A DNA stretch of 64,000 bases from Phoronis australis (taxonomy: Eukaryota; Animalia; Phoronida), in the NCBI GenBank assembly GCA_002633005.1, contig NMRA01000037.1:62001-126000 (forward strand). Reading direction: 5' to 3'. Under the pieces are notes generated by a model, which made no database searches, was not told where the DNA came from, and saw only the letters and a program-made list of their open reading frames with translations. The translations under genes and the position numbers were made by a program. Shown piece by piece: positions 38,401-53,400 of this stretch. How positions within the stretch are numbered: position 1 is the stretch's first letter; the number at the start of each line of letters is the position of its first letter.

Positions 38401-41400
38401 AGAGTCTGGTGATCCTCAGTAAAACCCGTTTTTTTTTGGCTGTGAGGGTGAAAAGTCCTGTGACCCAGTGTGCCACATGTCTTGATCCACTGTTTTGACT
38501 TGACATACTGTCTAGTAACTGATGGTGTTGTTGAAAATCCTATGATCCGTGCATCACATGTCATGATCCGTTGGGATTTTCTCTTCACCTCTGATTGGTT
38601 GAATGATAAAAAGCGTAGACTGAAATGAATCTAATGTATCTTTTTCATGTTAGTGATGGTATTTTTAACCAGTTCCTAACGTCGTTTAAGTGCACCGGTT
38701 AAATGTAATCTTTAAGGAAGAAAACGTTATCTTCTTCATCTTGTTATATGGTTTCACTTAATACATATAAGTTACAATTAATGTTTTTATGTAGATAAAT
38801 GTAAATGTAAACTTAAGTATTTAGTCTGAGTGAGTGTGACCATGAATGAGCAAATGGAAGTCATGTATCTCCCTTTCACATGCTCTTAGATTATAAAATG
38901 TTAACTTCACCCCCCCCTCCCCCCACCCCGAACCCTGTAAGATTCTTTTAAAACATGTATTTGTTTATTTGTTAGTCGTCATATTCGTCATCTTTGTCAT
39001 CATCTTTATCGTCATCTTTTTGGTTAATTTCGCCAAGTTTCGCTCCTCGGAGCGCTTTCATTTTGTATTATGTAACACATATTGTTATATACGTTGTAAG
39101 AATACATAACTGGGGCTAACCGTCCATGGTTAGGTCGACGAGTATGATTTCTGGGTAACTAAACATATTTAGAAAAAGCATGTACAGTTGTTAAAAATAT
39201 CATATGTCTTAAGTATGTTTATCATCTCAAGTGGACATTTCCAAATCATTTTCTGAGTGACATACATGTTCTTTCTTTTGCTACATAGCTGACGTGGACC
39301 AACAGAAATGTTTAAGAATTTTCTTCCACGCAAAATTTAGCTATAGTCTATTCCCCTCCGACACCATGTGGTAAAATCAAATGTCTCATTGTCCTATATT
39401 CCAGTTTTACCCCCTTCAAATATGTGATGGTTGCACCCTAGGTGCTAGGAATTAAGTAACTAAGGTAATTGGGTTAGTGGGTACACTGGGGGGAAGTTGC
39501 TTATGAGGCTATAAAAAGCACAATTTCCTTTTGTCAATAATAATAATAGTAATAACAAATAGTAAGATTCTTGAAATGCGTTTGTGTTCATAAAAAACTC
39601 AATGGCCCTGTTGATGTTCAAAGCATGGGTTTGCTGAATGTTATTTGAAACATTTAATAATACGAAGAGTCTGTTTCTGTACTCCACGAGTTTAATGAAT
39701 GATTTCCCTGTCAGAATCCCCGTGGACTTCCACCAGAGTTTCCTTGGGCTTCACTCTCAGGTGTATATTTTGGTTTCCATTTTCCGCAGTGTTGAAAGAC
39801 TGGCCGAGATCTCACTTCAACCATATGAAGTGGGTCTCTTCGATTTAATTACTCCTTCAGATTCCACAAACCCGGACACTTACATTAAACCCAGATTTAT
39901 GTGTTTCGGTACGGAAAATAATAAACTGTGACCTTTTGGAAATGAGCACTATTTTGCACGCTATTAATGATCTGAGCACGACACGGGTCAATTTACTCCA
40001 TGTCAGTTGTGCTGGGCCAAAAGTTGGTGTCTAAACGGGGCTTTTGCCTCCGCTTCTGGTTTCAACCTGGCATTTTTCAAGTCGAATATTCGATCGGAGC
40101 TTCATAAATTCAACCTGGGATTATACTGATGTCAAAAATGTCTACTTGGACAATTCTAAACTTTAGAGATTTTTTTAAATCAACAGCCGACTTTTTAAAA
40201 AACTCGGCGTGAACGCAGCGTGGTCTAAATTGACTCTCATTTCAATGAATGGGTTGGAAGTCATCTGGAAATATGTATCAAGTATTCAGTCACAGACCTC
40301 AGTAATACACATGTGGGTAATTCTATATTCTGGCTGGCTTGTGGCTAGCTGCAAAAGTTCACTGTTACCCTGCATTTTGTAGTTGCCATAAACTGGATTT
40401 TGACCTCCCTCAAGTAGATATTGGCAGATCGTATTTAGATCCTCCATTCAGGGCAATGAAGGAGAAAACCATTAGTATGCTATGCAATATGTAAGCACCA
40501 AAAATGTTGGCACTGTTCAAGAATGTTTTTCTTAAACATGTTTGATAGTGTAATGGTGATACAATGTCAAAAGATCACTATAAACCAACTTTGCTAATTG
40601 ATTTGCCAGTAGTAATTTGTTTTCACTTAGGGTGCATGGGTCACATTGGACCTACAGTGTAGATGGCAAGCAATGCTGTTGCAGTAAATGTCACCAATGT
40701 CGTGTATACAAATTGCCAGAATGGACTTTACAGTAGAAATTTCTTTTAAAAGTCCAGGAAATTAAGTAACTAAATGGTATATAAGTTTCCGAGAGTCAAT
40801 GTGGACTGCTTCCTTCTCCAGTGTGACCCTGTGACTAGTCACTTCTGTCGTTAAATGGTTAATTTCCAGGATTTTTAGAGCAAATTTCTTCTGTAATCTC
40901 ATCATGTACTCCCGATGAAATTGTTTAATGGTAAAATTGAATTTATTTCATTTTCAAGGGCTTCACGTGTTGTCGTGAATACTATGGTACAGAATTGGAA
41001 TGAGTAAGAAGCAGAGATTTAGTGCACAAAATGAAAAATATTGATATGTTCCACTTGTCCACTGTACTGTGTTCTAACTTGGAGGGAAATTTCAGTATTT
41101 TTGGACATTTATAAGCAAATAAAAGAAACTACAGTAAAGAAGTTTATAACTTTTCTTGAAATGTTTATTACCAAAAACATAATGTACACTAAATGTAGTT
41201 AAGCACAGAAACTGCTAGAAAGCAATGCATCCGAGTATGAATACTATATTTTGAAAAAAACTCAAATAGCCGATATTCGAGCATTCCCAAAACCATAAGT
41301 TTACATCACATTAATACATTACTATTCTGATACTAGACACAAGTTTACGTACTAGGAAGTGCCAAAGGGTTCTTAAACGAGTACCCTTCTGCGCATAGAA

Positions 41401-44400
41401 ATGTGGTTAATTTGCGTTTGCTTAATGTACACATACTTTTAGTTCTTAACAATGTCAATCAGTGTTCTGCTCTTAGCGTGTACTTTAGACAGTGACACCA
41501 TCTCGACTGGCCCCCAGTAGAGAGGATGGGAGCTTCATACACTGTAACCTTTTCGACTAATTATGCCTCACATTAATTAAAACATCAAAGTCATGTTGCT
41601 ATGAATATCTTTTGCGCAAATAGGGACACCTTAGGTTTAGGAGGCTGCCAATGTCTTGAATTCCTTCCAACTCGAACAAAGTCCCGATCTTTTTTTCAAG
41701 CAGTCTATTGTTAACGCTGCGTGCGCTCGTGGCGCGCGTGGTTAAAATAGGACGTGATTGGATTAGATGAACTGATTAAAAGTTGCGTTGATTATGTAAA
41801 AGTCAGTCTGTTCACATTATAAGCAAAGCTGACAATGACCTTTAACAAAATATTCTATTTGTGTCTTTCTCATTTGGGAAACTCCATGGTAATAGTGACA
41901 ATGCAACATTAGTCAAATGCCAAAAATGTTTTACAGATTGTTGTTATAGTTACAATATTTCAATTTGTGAAAGAATATTGTATATTTTCCTAGCACTTTT
42001 TTCAGAATATAACGAGCTTTCCAAAATGATATAATGTTGCTTTATGCTGTTGTACAAACTGTTCTGAGACATTTAAATATTTACTTTCTTACGCCTGCAA
42101 CAGTACACTGCGTCTTCTTCGACTTTTTCATCTTTACGTGTTTTAGGAGAAAGATCAATAGTGGCGGGGCTTCTATGTAACTCATCATTCTTACGGTTTT
42201 GTTGTTTTTTATTGGTCTATCTGCGTCAAGACCAGTTTGTACTGAATTCAGGGTATGTTGCTATGGCGACGGGTCAAGACCTATGCCATTACTTTGTCGG
42301 AATAGTTATGTAGCCATTCAAAGTGTGATAATTAGCCAAACAACCGTCATTGTGTTTTCCTTCTTCAGATTGGGCATGTGTAAATGTGACCTCTTGAAAA
42401 TTGGTTTTGCCTGCTCTTGACTACCTTAAGTGTATTGTTATGTTGGTCGTGCACGTCAGTTTGTGACCAGTTTAGTGGAAAATGATGTGAGCAGATTTTG
42501 TTTTGGTGAAATTTTCTTACAGTTCAGTCAGATTTTTGTAATACAAGAGAATTACAGAACCATGCAAATGCCTGAGATCTTTCTGTAAGAAGGTCAACTT
42601 TTCATTCTGACCACTTACGGTAAAATCGCGCAATTTTATGATGGCCAGTCATTTTGGGACAGAAATAAATATTTCCAAAATGAGTGTTCCATAGTCCATG
42701 AAATTTGTACAAGGTCCAAAATTGTTTTTTAGTGGTCCATGAATTTCGCACAATGTCATAAATATCCGATTTCTATCCCACGAATTTCAGACAAAGAAAA
42801 TGCTAGAACGGTAATTTCGGATAGACACAACTTTCATACCTCTATAGGGTTCAATCGATGATTACTACTCTATAAGGCTTGAACTCGAGAATCGGTATAA
42901 CGGGCTAAGTAATTTTTACTTAGTCTTAACCATGATAGATCGTAACTTGATTGTATCTTGAGTCTGTCTTGTGTTTATCTTGTGTTTCGCGCTTTATTTA
43001 TGAAAAGAATCACCGAGTCCCGCACAACGAAAATTTCTGATGAAAATGCAAATGGGAAATACGCCGAAGGCTACAATTTTTCATTGTAGTGCAACTGACT
43101 TGTGTTCTGGTTGCGTATATTTTTAATTAGAGCATGCTGTCCTATCTATATCCTACGGTGACAATGAACTTGCACGCCTGACATCAACTTGCATGTTTAC
43201 AAAACTTCTTCTTTTTAAACGTCTTGTGACAAATTGTCTTGTCCTTTGCAAATGCCGTTGTGGCTAAAAACTCTTGACGACGTGTCCAGGTTTTATGCAT
43301 GATGCGATGAGAAATATTTTTTGTGCAAGCCGCCCATTCACCATACGATCATGTCTGCCAGTCAGATATCGAGCGTTCAAAATAGTGTAGATAGTGAACG
43401 GCAGCAGCTGAATGAGACGGAACCAATTCATAGGTGGTTGCAAGGCAAACATGATAACTAGGTTGTGCACCGTGTGAGCCCGGAGATTTTATGGTACAGT
43501 CCAATTAACTATTGTCAGACAACGATTTTTGCTGCCACTTACCTGCATCCCATCCAATGATTGTAAGCTTTGTGTAGCCACTCTGGGCTTGCTTAATAAT
43601 TTTTAATGGGACAGTTAGTGAGGAAAGAGACACCATTGACTTCTTACACAAGTTACAGCATTCAGTGCTTCTGATATCGCAAGTTTGTGTTGAAATGAAA
43701 ATTTTAATTTAAGAATCTGTAACAGTCTATTGGCATTAATTTTGAGTGTCACAAAATCGCGCGACTTTACTGTACCCTTTTGACATGCATCTCAAATTGT
43801 TCCTTAGTCAAATTAGAATTAGATGCAATTTCAGGGTTTGTTAACAGTTCGTTATTGTTCGACACCGGGCTCTACAAGGGACTTGTCCCAGAGTGTCAAG
43901 TTATGTGTTGAGCATGGTCTCGGCGAAGAACAAAATGTCACTTCTTTTCATAGCCAAAAATATTTTATAGTCGGAGTAAGGAAGAAGTTTAGATCAATTT
44001 TCAAGCAGTAAGTGGTCCAAATTGAAAGTTTGCTTCTCGGACTGAACATGGGTTTGTATCGACTTCAAATGGTGTTGTAAGCTGTGAAAGCACCCACGAT
44101 CCGTTTGCCAATTTTTTTTGCGAAAATGACGTACATGAAAATCAATGAGCAATGATTGTTCATGCATGCATTCAGTTGTGATTGCAGTACAGGAGAACTG
44201 GTGGTTTAACAGAAATGTGCGCTTGACGAACGCTTTCTATACAGGAATTAAACCCTTGCCCCTATATTGGATGTGATGGAAACCGTATATGCGTCAGTAA
44301 TTGGCATATTTATCCATGTGTCTTAGCTTCACGTACTGGAATGGGCAGTGTTTCTAAAGAGGATTGTTGAAATTTCTGTGTTTCTGTGTGTCCATTCAGG

Positions 44401-47400
44401 TGATGCCTGGTTCAGTCAAGTCGAAACTCGAAACCACACACCATTTGGTAATGGACAAATCTGCCTTCACTAGTGTGCTGTATTAAACACTTGCTTTGGG
44501 GGTTTTGTTAGTTGTTTCGCATAAAATCACCTGCGTGAATTCTGAAATACACAGTTTCACCTACCTTTGCATAGGCCAAGATCTACATCAAAGCTGATTG
44601 GCTGTACCTAAAATCACGCCACTTTCTATAGTGTTCATGTTCTAGTAAGTATTGTATATAGTTTTAATTTTGTTTCAGGGGAGATGAGTCCTAGCAAGTC
44701 TAGGCTAGCCAATGGAGAGCAAGAGGTGGACTTGGATGAGGAGTTGTACGTATCTATATTCAACGTGTTAAGGAGAAATGCGTGTCTCATCGTGTATTTA
44801 GAAGTTTTAAAATGTGAATGGTAACCCTTCAGTGGTAGCAAGTCATTCAAATTGATTGTCTTCAATCGGTACGGTTCTAATCTTGGGAAAAATCCTAAAC
44901 GTAACTCAAAGCAGGTGCAATGCTTTTCTATATTATGCTGATTTACTGACAAGGGACAGTGTACTTTGCCATTACTTTCACTTACTGAGCGAGTCGGTAT
45001 CATTTTTACAAGATTCACGAAATACTATTTTTATGTTTTATTGTTCAATCAATCATTTTCCTTCTATGGGATACAAAGCAGAAAAACCTCGGACTTTTCT
45101 TTCACCAGGCATGATTTTTAACTTGGCTCGTGGCCTTTCAAACATAACTGAACATTTACAGGAATGATGCATTAGATTCCCGCCCACACACAGACTTGCA
45201 CTAGAACAAGTTGCACTAGTGCAACATGCCCCACTTAAAGTGGAGTTTCTACACAAATACATATCCAATAACTAGCACAAGTCGCGAATTGTGGCAATGT
45301 GCATGACAATGAACTGCTGTTGCGAATGGTGCACTAAAGAAGACCCGTCAGTATGTAACCGCAGTTGATAATTGCTTCCACCTTACCCCAGGTTTGCAGC
45401 CACACAGGGATTACAAGTGGCTCAAGTTGCCCTAGAACAAGTTTCCCTACTTCTATCAGATGAAGTAAGTTGTCACAAGGGGGGGGGGGCAAGTTGCACT
45501 GATTTAAATAGTGTTCACACAGCCTTCAAACCTAGAGGCAACTTATTCCATGAGTAAACCTGTTCTAGGGTAAGTCTCTGTGTGGACTGCACGTTGGACT
45601 GTCGTGCTGAAGCTGTTCATAGTCACATACTACATTGCCAAGCTGCGGAACTTAAAGTGAACCAATGCTCACACTGTTTAAATGCGTATATTTCAAATCC
45701 TTTGTCAAACACGTGTTGTGGAAATGGTGACTGGATTTCAGCAAAAATTGTGCATTTTCAACGAGGTAATGGTAACTTCTGAGATGTAAACATATTTGTT
45801 CAGACTAGAAATTTCGGTTTCTGTGTTGTATGAGATGCAAAATGGTGACTTAAATTTCTACAAGAGATTTTACCAGAAGAGCTTGGCTGAAGTTCACGGG
45901 ATGCTGTCCTTGCAAGCAAGTGATTGAGCGCAAGTGGCTGTCCAAGAAATGACTGACATTTTGCCAAAACTGACTCTTTGCAACTTCTTTCTGGCATTTT
46001 GCTCCAGTTATTTGAAGTAGTTCAAGATGCTCCTGTGTAAAACTGTCCATGTAAATAAAAGAAGCCAGTGAAGAAGTAATTATCAGCTGAATGCTTGCTC
46101 AGGTTACCACACAGCAACTTTTTAGCACTTCTGCCATGTTTCTGGTGGCAGGTTTGTCATGTGAACGGTCTACGGATCAGGGTAAGTTGCACCGGGTGGA
46201 ACCTGTGGTAGGGTAACTGGCCATGTGGACGCAGACTTGTCTTGCCTGAGTGGGCTCTAATGTTGTTGACGTTGCTGTTGACAGATTGAAAACTGGCAAG
46301 AACAAGAAGAATATTCTAGAAAAGAGGCGTAAGGACAGAACTAAGTCCCTAGTGAAACAGATGGCCGACCTGATACCACCTGACTGGGTGGCGCCGTCTA
46401 AGGTAGGGAAACGAACTGTGAATAGCCACCTACGTGAGAGTCAAGGTGGTTTCAATAAGAGCGTTACCCTTGAAATGTACACTGCTAGCCCGTTTTGAAT
46501 ATCAACATCATCAGTGTTGTTTTCATTGATATTGTTATTAGTACAATTCACATTTTTATTCATACTTTTTAAGGGTGCTCTTTCCGCTTAATTTCGGTCA
46601 ATAAGTCTCAAAACCACTCTAAAGCACCCAAATCTCATAAAATTCATTTAGAGATGATGCTGTTTTAGTATGGCCTTCATTATTTTCAAAATATGCAGAA
46701 CTTTTAGACACTGTTCAAAAGTTAAGGTTTTCTGGTGGTGTGCCAAAAAATGTCACCTGACAACGAATGTCAACTTTATAAACTTTGAAAAAAATAACAG
46801 CACAAAAATCACAAGACAGCACTTAAGGACAGTCGCGTGTGAAGTATTCCTATTTTTACAGTAACTTTCAGATGATGAAACTCAGAACTTTGATGGGTAT
46901 AGGGCTTGGAATTTTCTTCTGTTAAGAGGCTTTCCTCTTGTTTGATTTTGATATCCTCTTATTTGATTTCCAGTTTCCTCTTTTTTCATCTCTTTTTTTA
47001 ATCATTATTTTGACTCAGTTCATACAAAAACGTTTATTTCAGTTAATTTTACAACACAAAAAGGTCACACAAGCTTGTTTATTTGTGGAAACATTACATC
47101 ACCTGGAAAATTTTCTTCTTTTTTGTCATTGGTCATTACAAGCCATGGTATATGAAAGCACGCATTTTCCAGTGAACACCCAGAACAACTTTCTTTTTCA
47201 ATCTACTGGCAACAATAAAAAGAGGACATTTCTTCAGTAGCGCCACCTAGTGAATACTCGTCTTACTGCTCTCCTTTCCTTAGTACTTCAGTAACTTTTA
47301 GTAGTTTCTTAGCAGTGAATGCCGAAATCATGAATTAAAAATTAATCCTCTCCTATGTTGCAGTTGACGACTATGAATGTCGTGTTGGAAAATGTAGTCA

Positions 47401-50400
47401 ACTACGTGACAGAGATTAAACAACAGAATCAGCTGATGTTGGCAGGCAATGCAGAGTCTGTACAGAGTAAGTATAGTATATATCGGTGGGTCTGTAAATG
47501 TGTAGTTAAAGATATGTTTGCATGCTCCTAACTATGCTAATGTATAGCAGGAACTAAACGGCGACGCTATTTTACCACAGTCTGCGCTTAACAAAGTGCA
47601 GCAGTATTTATCAACAACTTGTAAATGTGAAAGCAAAAAGTTATGCAGATAGATGACCTTTGCACTAATGACGTACCTCGTGGGCTGACATAGCCCGCGT
47701 AATGCCGTTTTACTCCCCAGCACCACGTCACAATACTTACTGGACACGGTTCAGTGATTTGCGGCGGATTATTTTCTCTGAAAACATTTGGCAACTTCCA
47801 AGTTACTTCATATTCACATCATTGCCAAGCAATTGCAGAGATAAGTGATTAGCATGAAAATTCCAGTTTAAGGTCCAATCCTTGCATTGTCCAGTTTGCA
47901 TCATGCCTCTGGACCTATATGGATTGGTAATAGTCTGATATAACGGGTGATACATAGGATGAGTGGGTGGGTGTGTGTGTGTGTGTGTGCACTTATTACT
48001 GGGTTATGCTTGGTCACATGACTTAAGACAACTGTCATTGATTTCTCTTGTGTTGGATGACTTAAAAAAATCCCTTGTACAATTGGTTTTACAATGTGTT
48101 TGAGAATGAAAAAAGTACGTGGAATTTGCAAGGTGATTCTTTGTCTCTGTGAATGCTTGGTCAAATTTGTTCTTAGAATTACAACATATAGCGATGATGT
48201 GAATATGAAGTAGGTTGAAAATTGCCAAAATGTTTTTAAGAACGAGATTTGTGTCAAAAATGATCTGCCGTAAATCAACCGTGTCCAGTAAGTATCGTGA
48301 TGTGTTGGAGAATAACACTGCATGATGCGGGTTGTGTGAGCCCCCCAAGGTACATCGTTAGTGTAAAGGTTACTTAGTAGCAGAATTTTTGTTAATGTTT
48401 ACAAGTTGTCATTAAATACAACTGCACTTTGTTAAGCGTAGATAATGTTCAAATAGCATTGCCCTTTAGTTCCTGCTGTACAATAGCATAGTTAGGAGTA
48501 TGCAAATACATATTTAAAGTTGAATTTCACTGCTGTTTGGCTGTCAGTGTTAAATTCCTAACTGAAGTGCTTTGGGTTTTAAAAACATTAATCTCAATTT
48601 TTCCAAATTTGGTAGCAACTGAGTATAGAAAATGCATACATTCGCCATTTTCGAATTCTCAGTTTTAGGGTTGGCCAACCCAATGATCTCATTTCGAAGC
48701 TCTTGTTAGTAACAGAGTCACATCACTGGGAATCTTACGAGACTGATTTGATGAGCTTATTAGAAAGTGGTTTAATTAATTTTTTTGGCAGATGAACATT
48801 AAGGAAATGCAATTTTATGGATAAAATGAGATTTTCTAACATTTTACTCCGCATGTACGTTGTTTTGTGTGAATCTCGAGTCAGGATTTTGTAAAACTTT
48901 GTGTTGTGCTCTTTCAGATGATGAGATTACTAGATTAAAAGCACTTGTAGCAAACCTCACTGAAGAAAATGAGAGGTTGGAAAACTGCTTAAAACAAGGA
49001 GGTACGTTGTCTGGCAGGCTTGTCTTGAGATGAAAAAAGCAGAATTTTGGTTGCAATGTGTAGAAAATGTTTTTCTTAATAACTCAGTGTTTTGGTTACC
49101 GCTCCCTGTTTAGACAAGAGTTGCTTTTCAGAAAATGTGCTATGGGTTTACTTATTTTAATATTTTCTGCAGTATTTAAGTAAATTTCCCCCTATTAGGA
49201 AGCATTGTGCTAGCTAGGCACATGGACTGAAACTGTTTTTTGTGTTTTTAATCATACTAAATCATTCCTTTTTAAAAATTATGTGAAACGATTGTTGTGG
49301 GAGAGGATTTTATACTATTGTTTGTGGATTTTGTGTTACTTTCCTACAGTCAAAGTAGTTTTATTTGGAGACGTTGTTTGTAAACTTTCTAACTGGTGTC
49401 AACAAAAATTAATCAACAGTCTTTCTATTTTGTGTCCATTTTTTATTTGGTTTGAATGATATCCAAAACTTTCCCTTAAAATTTGTGGTTAACATAAAAT
49501 GTAGGGTCTTGGAATAAAGTTTGGGTAGAAAAATAGTCTACGCCAACTTTTAGACTTCTGTTGTATTAAAAGAACATAGCCATGTAAACAATAGCTCATA
49601 TCAGTGTAAGCAGTCTACCGTGGTTCCCCAGTTATTGGCTGTTCTTGTATTGTAGCTTTCTGTAGTGTATTGTGGTATAGTGTTTAGCTGAGATGCTCTA
49701 TTATACACAGGATATTCATATTTTGGTCTTTCTTGTCAATACTCAACACCCATGTGTGGTAGGACAAAGAAAAAGCCATGGGTTTGTTTTTTCCCAGACA
49801 TCACTCAGCTTTGAGTATTCACAGCAATTGTTTTTGATAAACTGTAAAAAAATGCCAATTAATGTTTTATTTGAATTAATGTAGTCTGAATGTGATGAAC
49901 CAGTGTGCCAAAATGTTAAACCAAGTTTCTGTATAATTAATCAGTGTTTGTTCTCATTTCTGCAGGGGTCAATATGGAGACCTGGAAAGCAAAAGCCTAC
50001 CACTCTAGCAGCAACAGCTTTTCAAGTTTATCCACTAAGACCGACTCTGTATTCACAGAAGCCTCAGAGAAGAGAAGGTCGCGTAGCAGAAACAAAGTCA
50101 GCACTCATCTTCAGCAGATGGGCTCAGCTGTGCTGCAAAATGTTAATTCAACGGACAGTGCACCTGCAATTAACACAGACACTCTGAATATGCCGTCGTT
50201 GATGGCTGGCAATTTCATGTTGCCTGGCAACACACCTGTACCACCAGGGACGCCGTTTATATCCCCAAGCGGAACTCTACGGATCGCTGAAGAAAATATG
50301 TCTAGCACGTCCGTCTCTGGCATGGCATCAGCACCTGCAACACCTATGGTGAATCTTGGAACTAATGCCTTGACTGCCGTGACGCAGTCAGTGGACATCA

Positions 50401-53400
50401 CTCAGCCACGTATGGCCATAGGTCAGCCTCCAGTGACCAATGCAAGCCCCCCAAAGTCTGTACCCATATCTACTGTTACCAATCAAGCGTCGGGTAGTCA
50501 GGCAGCAAACACCGTTGGTAATATTCAAGTCAATTCTAGCCAACCCCTTGGACAAGGCATAATCATTACACAAACTGGACAGGTGATTGTCCTGAACGAA
50601 CAAGGTGTACCCGTGAACCAGTATGCCGCTGGTCCAAATTTTGAGATACCGTTTTTACAACGTCCTCCAAAGCCAGCCAATGCGATGAACAGTTTGCCAA
50701 ACGGCCAACCTACTGATGAAAATCTGGGAATGAACGCATCTGGTCAGATACCTGTCACCATGACACAGGGCCCACAACCTGTAGTGTCCCAAGGACCTCC
50801 TGTTGTACCAGTCTCCCAGACATTGCCTACTGGCCCGCAGGCACCTACCATGGGGCCACAAGGCCAACAAGCGATGAACCCACCATTAGCCATACCTGGG
50901 CCAGGAGGTCTGTTGCAGGTAAACACACGGCCAAGCCATCCTAATCAACTACCGTCCGCTCTGATATTGCCCAATGGTCAGCTGATCCCAGTGGTCACCC
51001 AGCCCCATCTGATGGTACAGGGCCAGAACCCTCCAGGTCTACTCATGACCGCCAATAGTCAGCCCGCTGCACCCATGAACTACCCCCAGTCTCAGCAGGA
51101 GATTGGGCAGGCTGTTGTATCGACCCCTGCTCCTGTGTTCAGCAATGGTCTGCTGATGACGACAGCTGCGGCCATGACTCATCCAACGACCAGCGTTAAC
51201 ACCGTGTTATCAGCTCCTAATGCTGCAGCTGTGACGACGTCTACCATGTTTCAACCAGCAGTTGCAGCTGGTGTGTCCAACGTCACCACTGCCAACAACA
51301 GCCAGCCTGTACAAGGTGTTCATGGTGGTGGTCCACAGCCTCCAGGTGGTGCTGCTAATACTGCTATGTTACCTCCAACGGTTGCCGTGTCAACCACCAC
51401 TACACATACCCCTGATAATACGGTTGCCGTGTCTGGTTCATCAACGACTAATGTCGTCGCCGGTGTTAATTCTCAAGGAATGATAGTGCTGACGCTGCCA
51501 CCTGGTGGACTAGGTCAGCAAGGGATCATTCTCGACCCAAACTCTCTCGTCATGCAAGGCGGTGCGCGTGCAAAAGCCGGACAGCGAATCTTGATGCCAA
51601 AGCCAGCTAATTTCGAAACAACACCGACAAAGAAATCAGCCAAGTCAAAAAAGAAAACTGGTTCGGAGAAGCCGGACAGTGATGTGCTGGGATCAGGCCT
51701 GTGGAATACACAGTTGATGAGTGGAGTATCAGATGGACTCGCAGTCGTAACAACTAGTTCTGTTCAAACTGGGCCCGCGAATACTCCGAAGAAAAAGAAG
51801 ACGAAGAAACCGAGCATTGAAAAGAAAGATGACACAGCCACTGACATCCTGGCCCAGGCCACGGAGTCCATTTTCTCAGACATTTCACCTACCATTAGTG
51901 GCCTTCATTTGGATGATGAGAACCCGCTGCATATTGACACTAGCATGACTGAACGGGAGGAGGACCCTGGCAATCAAAACAGTAGTGTCATGAATGCTGG
52001 AAGTCTTACCAAAGATGCCACAGCAACTGGTCCGGTTCCAGGCGTAAGCACGCAAGCTAAAGTTCAACTTGTTACTAGTCCTGTGACTAAACCCGGAGGA
52101 CATTTAAAAGTTGCGCAGCCACCTTGTTTAGTGTCGCAAGTTAAAGTGGTAGATGACAGCAGTACAAAAGCTGGAAAAGTCAAAGATTCTAAGAAATTGG
52201 CTGCTTCTTCAGAAACTACAACTACATCCGAAGGAATGACTAAAGTTGAAGATGTTGCAAAAGAGCGTGATGTAGATGGTGGTAGTGCCAAGAAGGAAAC
52301 AACTAAAAGTCGCAAAAGGTCACGCACAAACAGTGGCAAGAAATCAAATGCTAGTAGCCAACAAAAGAGCATCAGTGAACTACCCGAAACGATCACATTC
52401 TCTGAGAATGACTTGAGCGATGTTCTCGACCAGGTTGAGAGCCTTGGACAACCACAGGATCAGACTACAGCCAAGAAGGCGAAAAAATCTAGCGCTGCAT
52501 CCAAGAAACGGAAACGGAGGGATGAAGATGGTGAAAAGAAGGCCACAAAAAACAAGGATAGTAATCGTGACATGGATGTCTTTGCGTTTGTCTCTTCTCC
52601 CGAGGATAACGATTTACTTAGTAGCCCTAGAAATAAGAAAGGTTCGATACCGCCCAAGCCGGAGAAGACGTCTGAGGAACTGTTCGATGAAATTTTCTCC
52701 CCTGCCAGGACAGCCGTGCCGCAGTCCAACACGCCAGTAGTTTCAAGTGCTAAGTCAAGCGTGGACACATTTTCTACGCCAAATGCTACAAAGACTGCCA
52801 CTAGTCGTAGTCCAACTACTGTCGTGTCAAGTTGTGTGGATACTGCTACAAGCAGTACAAGAGATAATTTTCAAACGCTGAGTGCGCGCAGTTACGCTCC
52901 AGAAGTTAATTCTGCTGCAAATTCAGCGAAACCGGGAACAATTAAATATCCGCCTGATAGTGGTAAAAGTGAAGTGTTTACAAATGCGCCCAAAACAAAT
53001 CACATACCAATTAGCATTCCAAGCAACAGCATATTCGCAAGGAACCCTGCGACTCCGGTCCAGCCTAGTGTACAGAAGTCGCTGCCCTGTCAAGATAGAG
53101 TGGAAAGATTAACCAATAGTCAACTGCCTTATTCAGCAGAGTCGTTACTTAGTCCAACTGACATCTCCAAACCTCCTCATTCTCATTATCAACCACCAAT
53201 TTCATCTGCGCAGAGACAACATGTGATCAGTAATAAAGAATCTCGTTTTGGCATGGCGCAGAAACCAAGCCATTCGCAAAGGGATGTCCAAACTAGTCAA
53301 CACAATGTCAGTCAAACGCCAGTCAGTCGAGGAAATGATACATTGAATAACGCCAGACATCGAATGTCTGATAATGTAATGGCCGAGAATCAAAATCAGT

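Noticed and set aside
45850-46050. 66-aa ORF MDSFTQEHLELL..., possible transposon protein remnant
   Set aside because: No recognisable motif or splice support.
47901-48348. 140-aa and 114-aa minus-strand ORFs
   Set aside because: Inside a foldback element, one crossing a GT microsatellite; no domain recognised.
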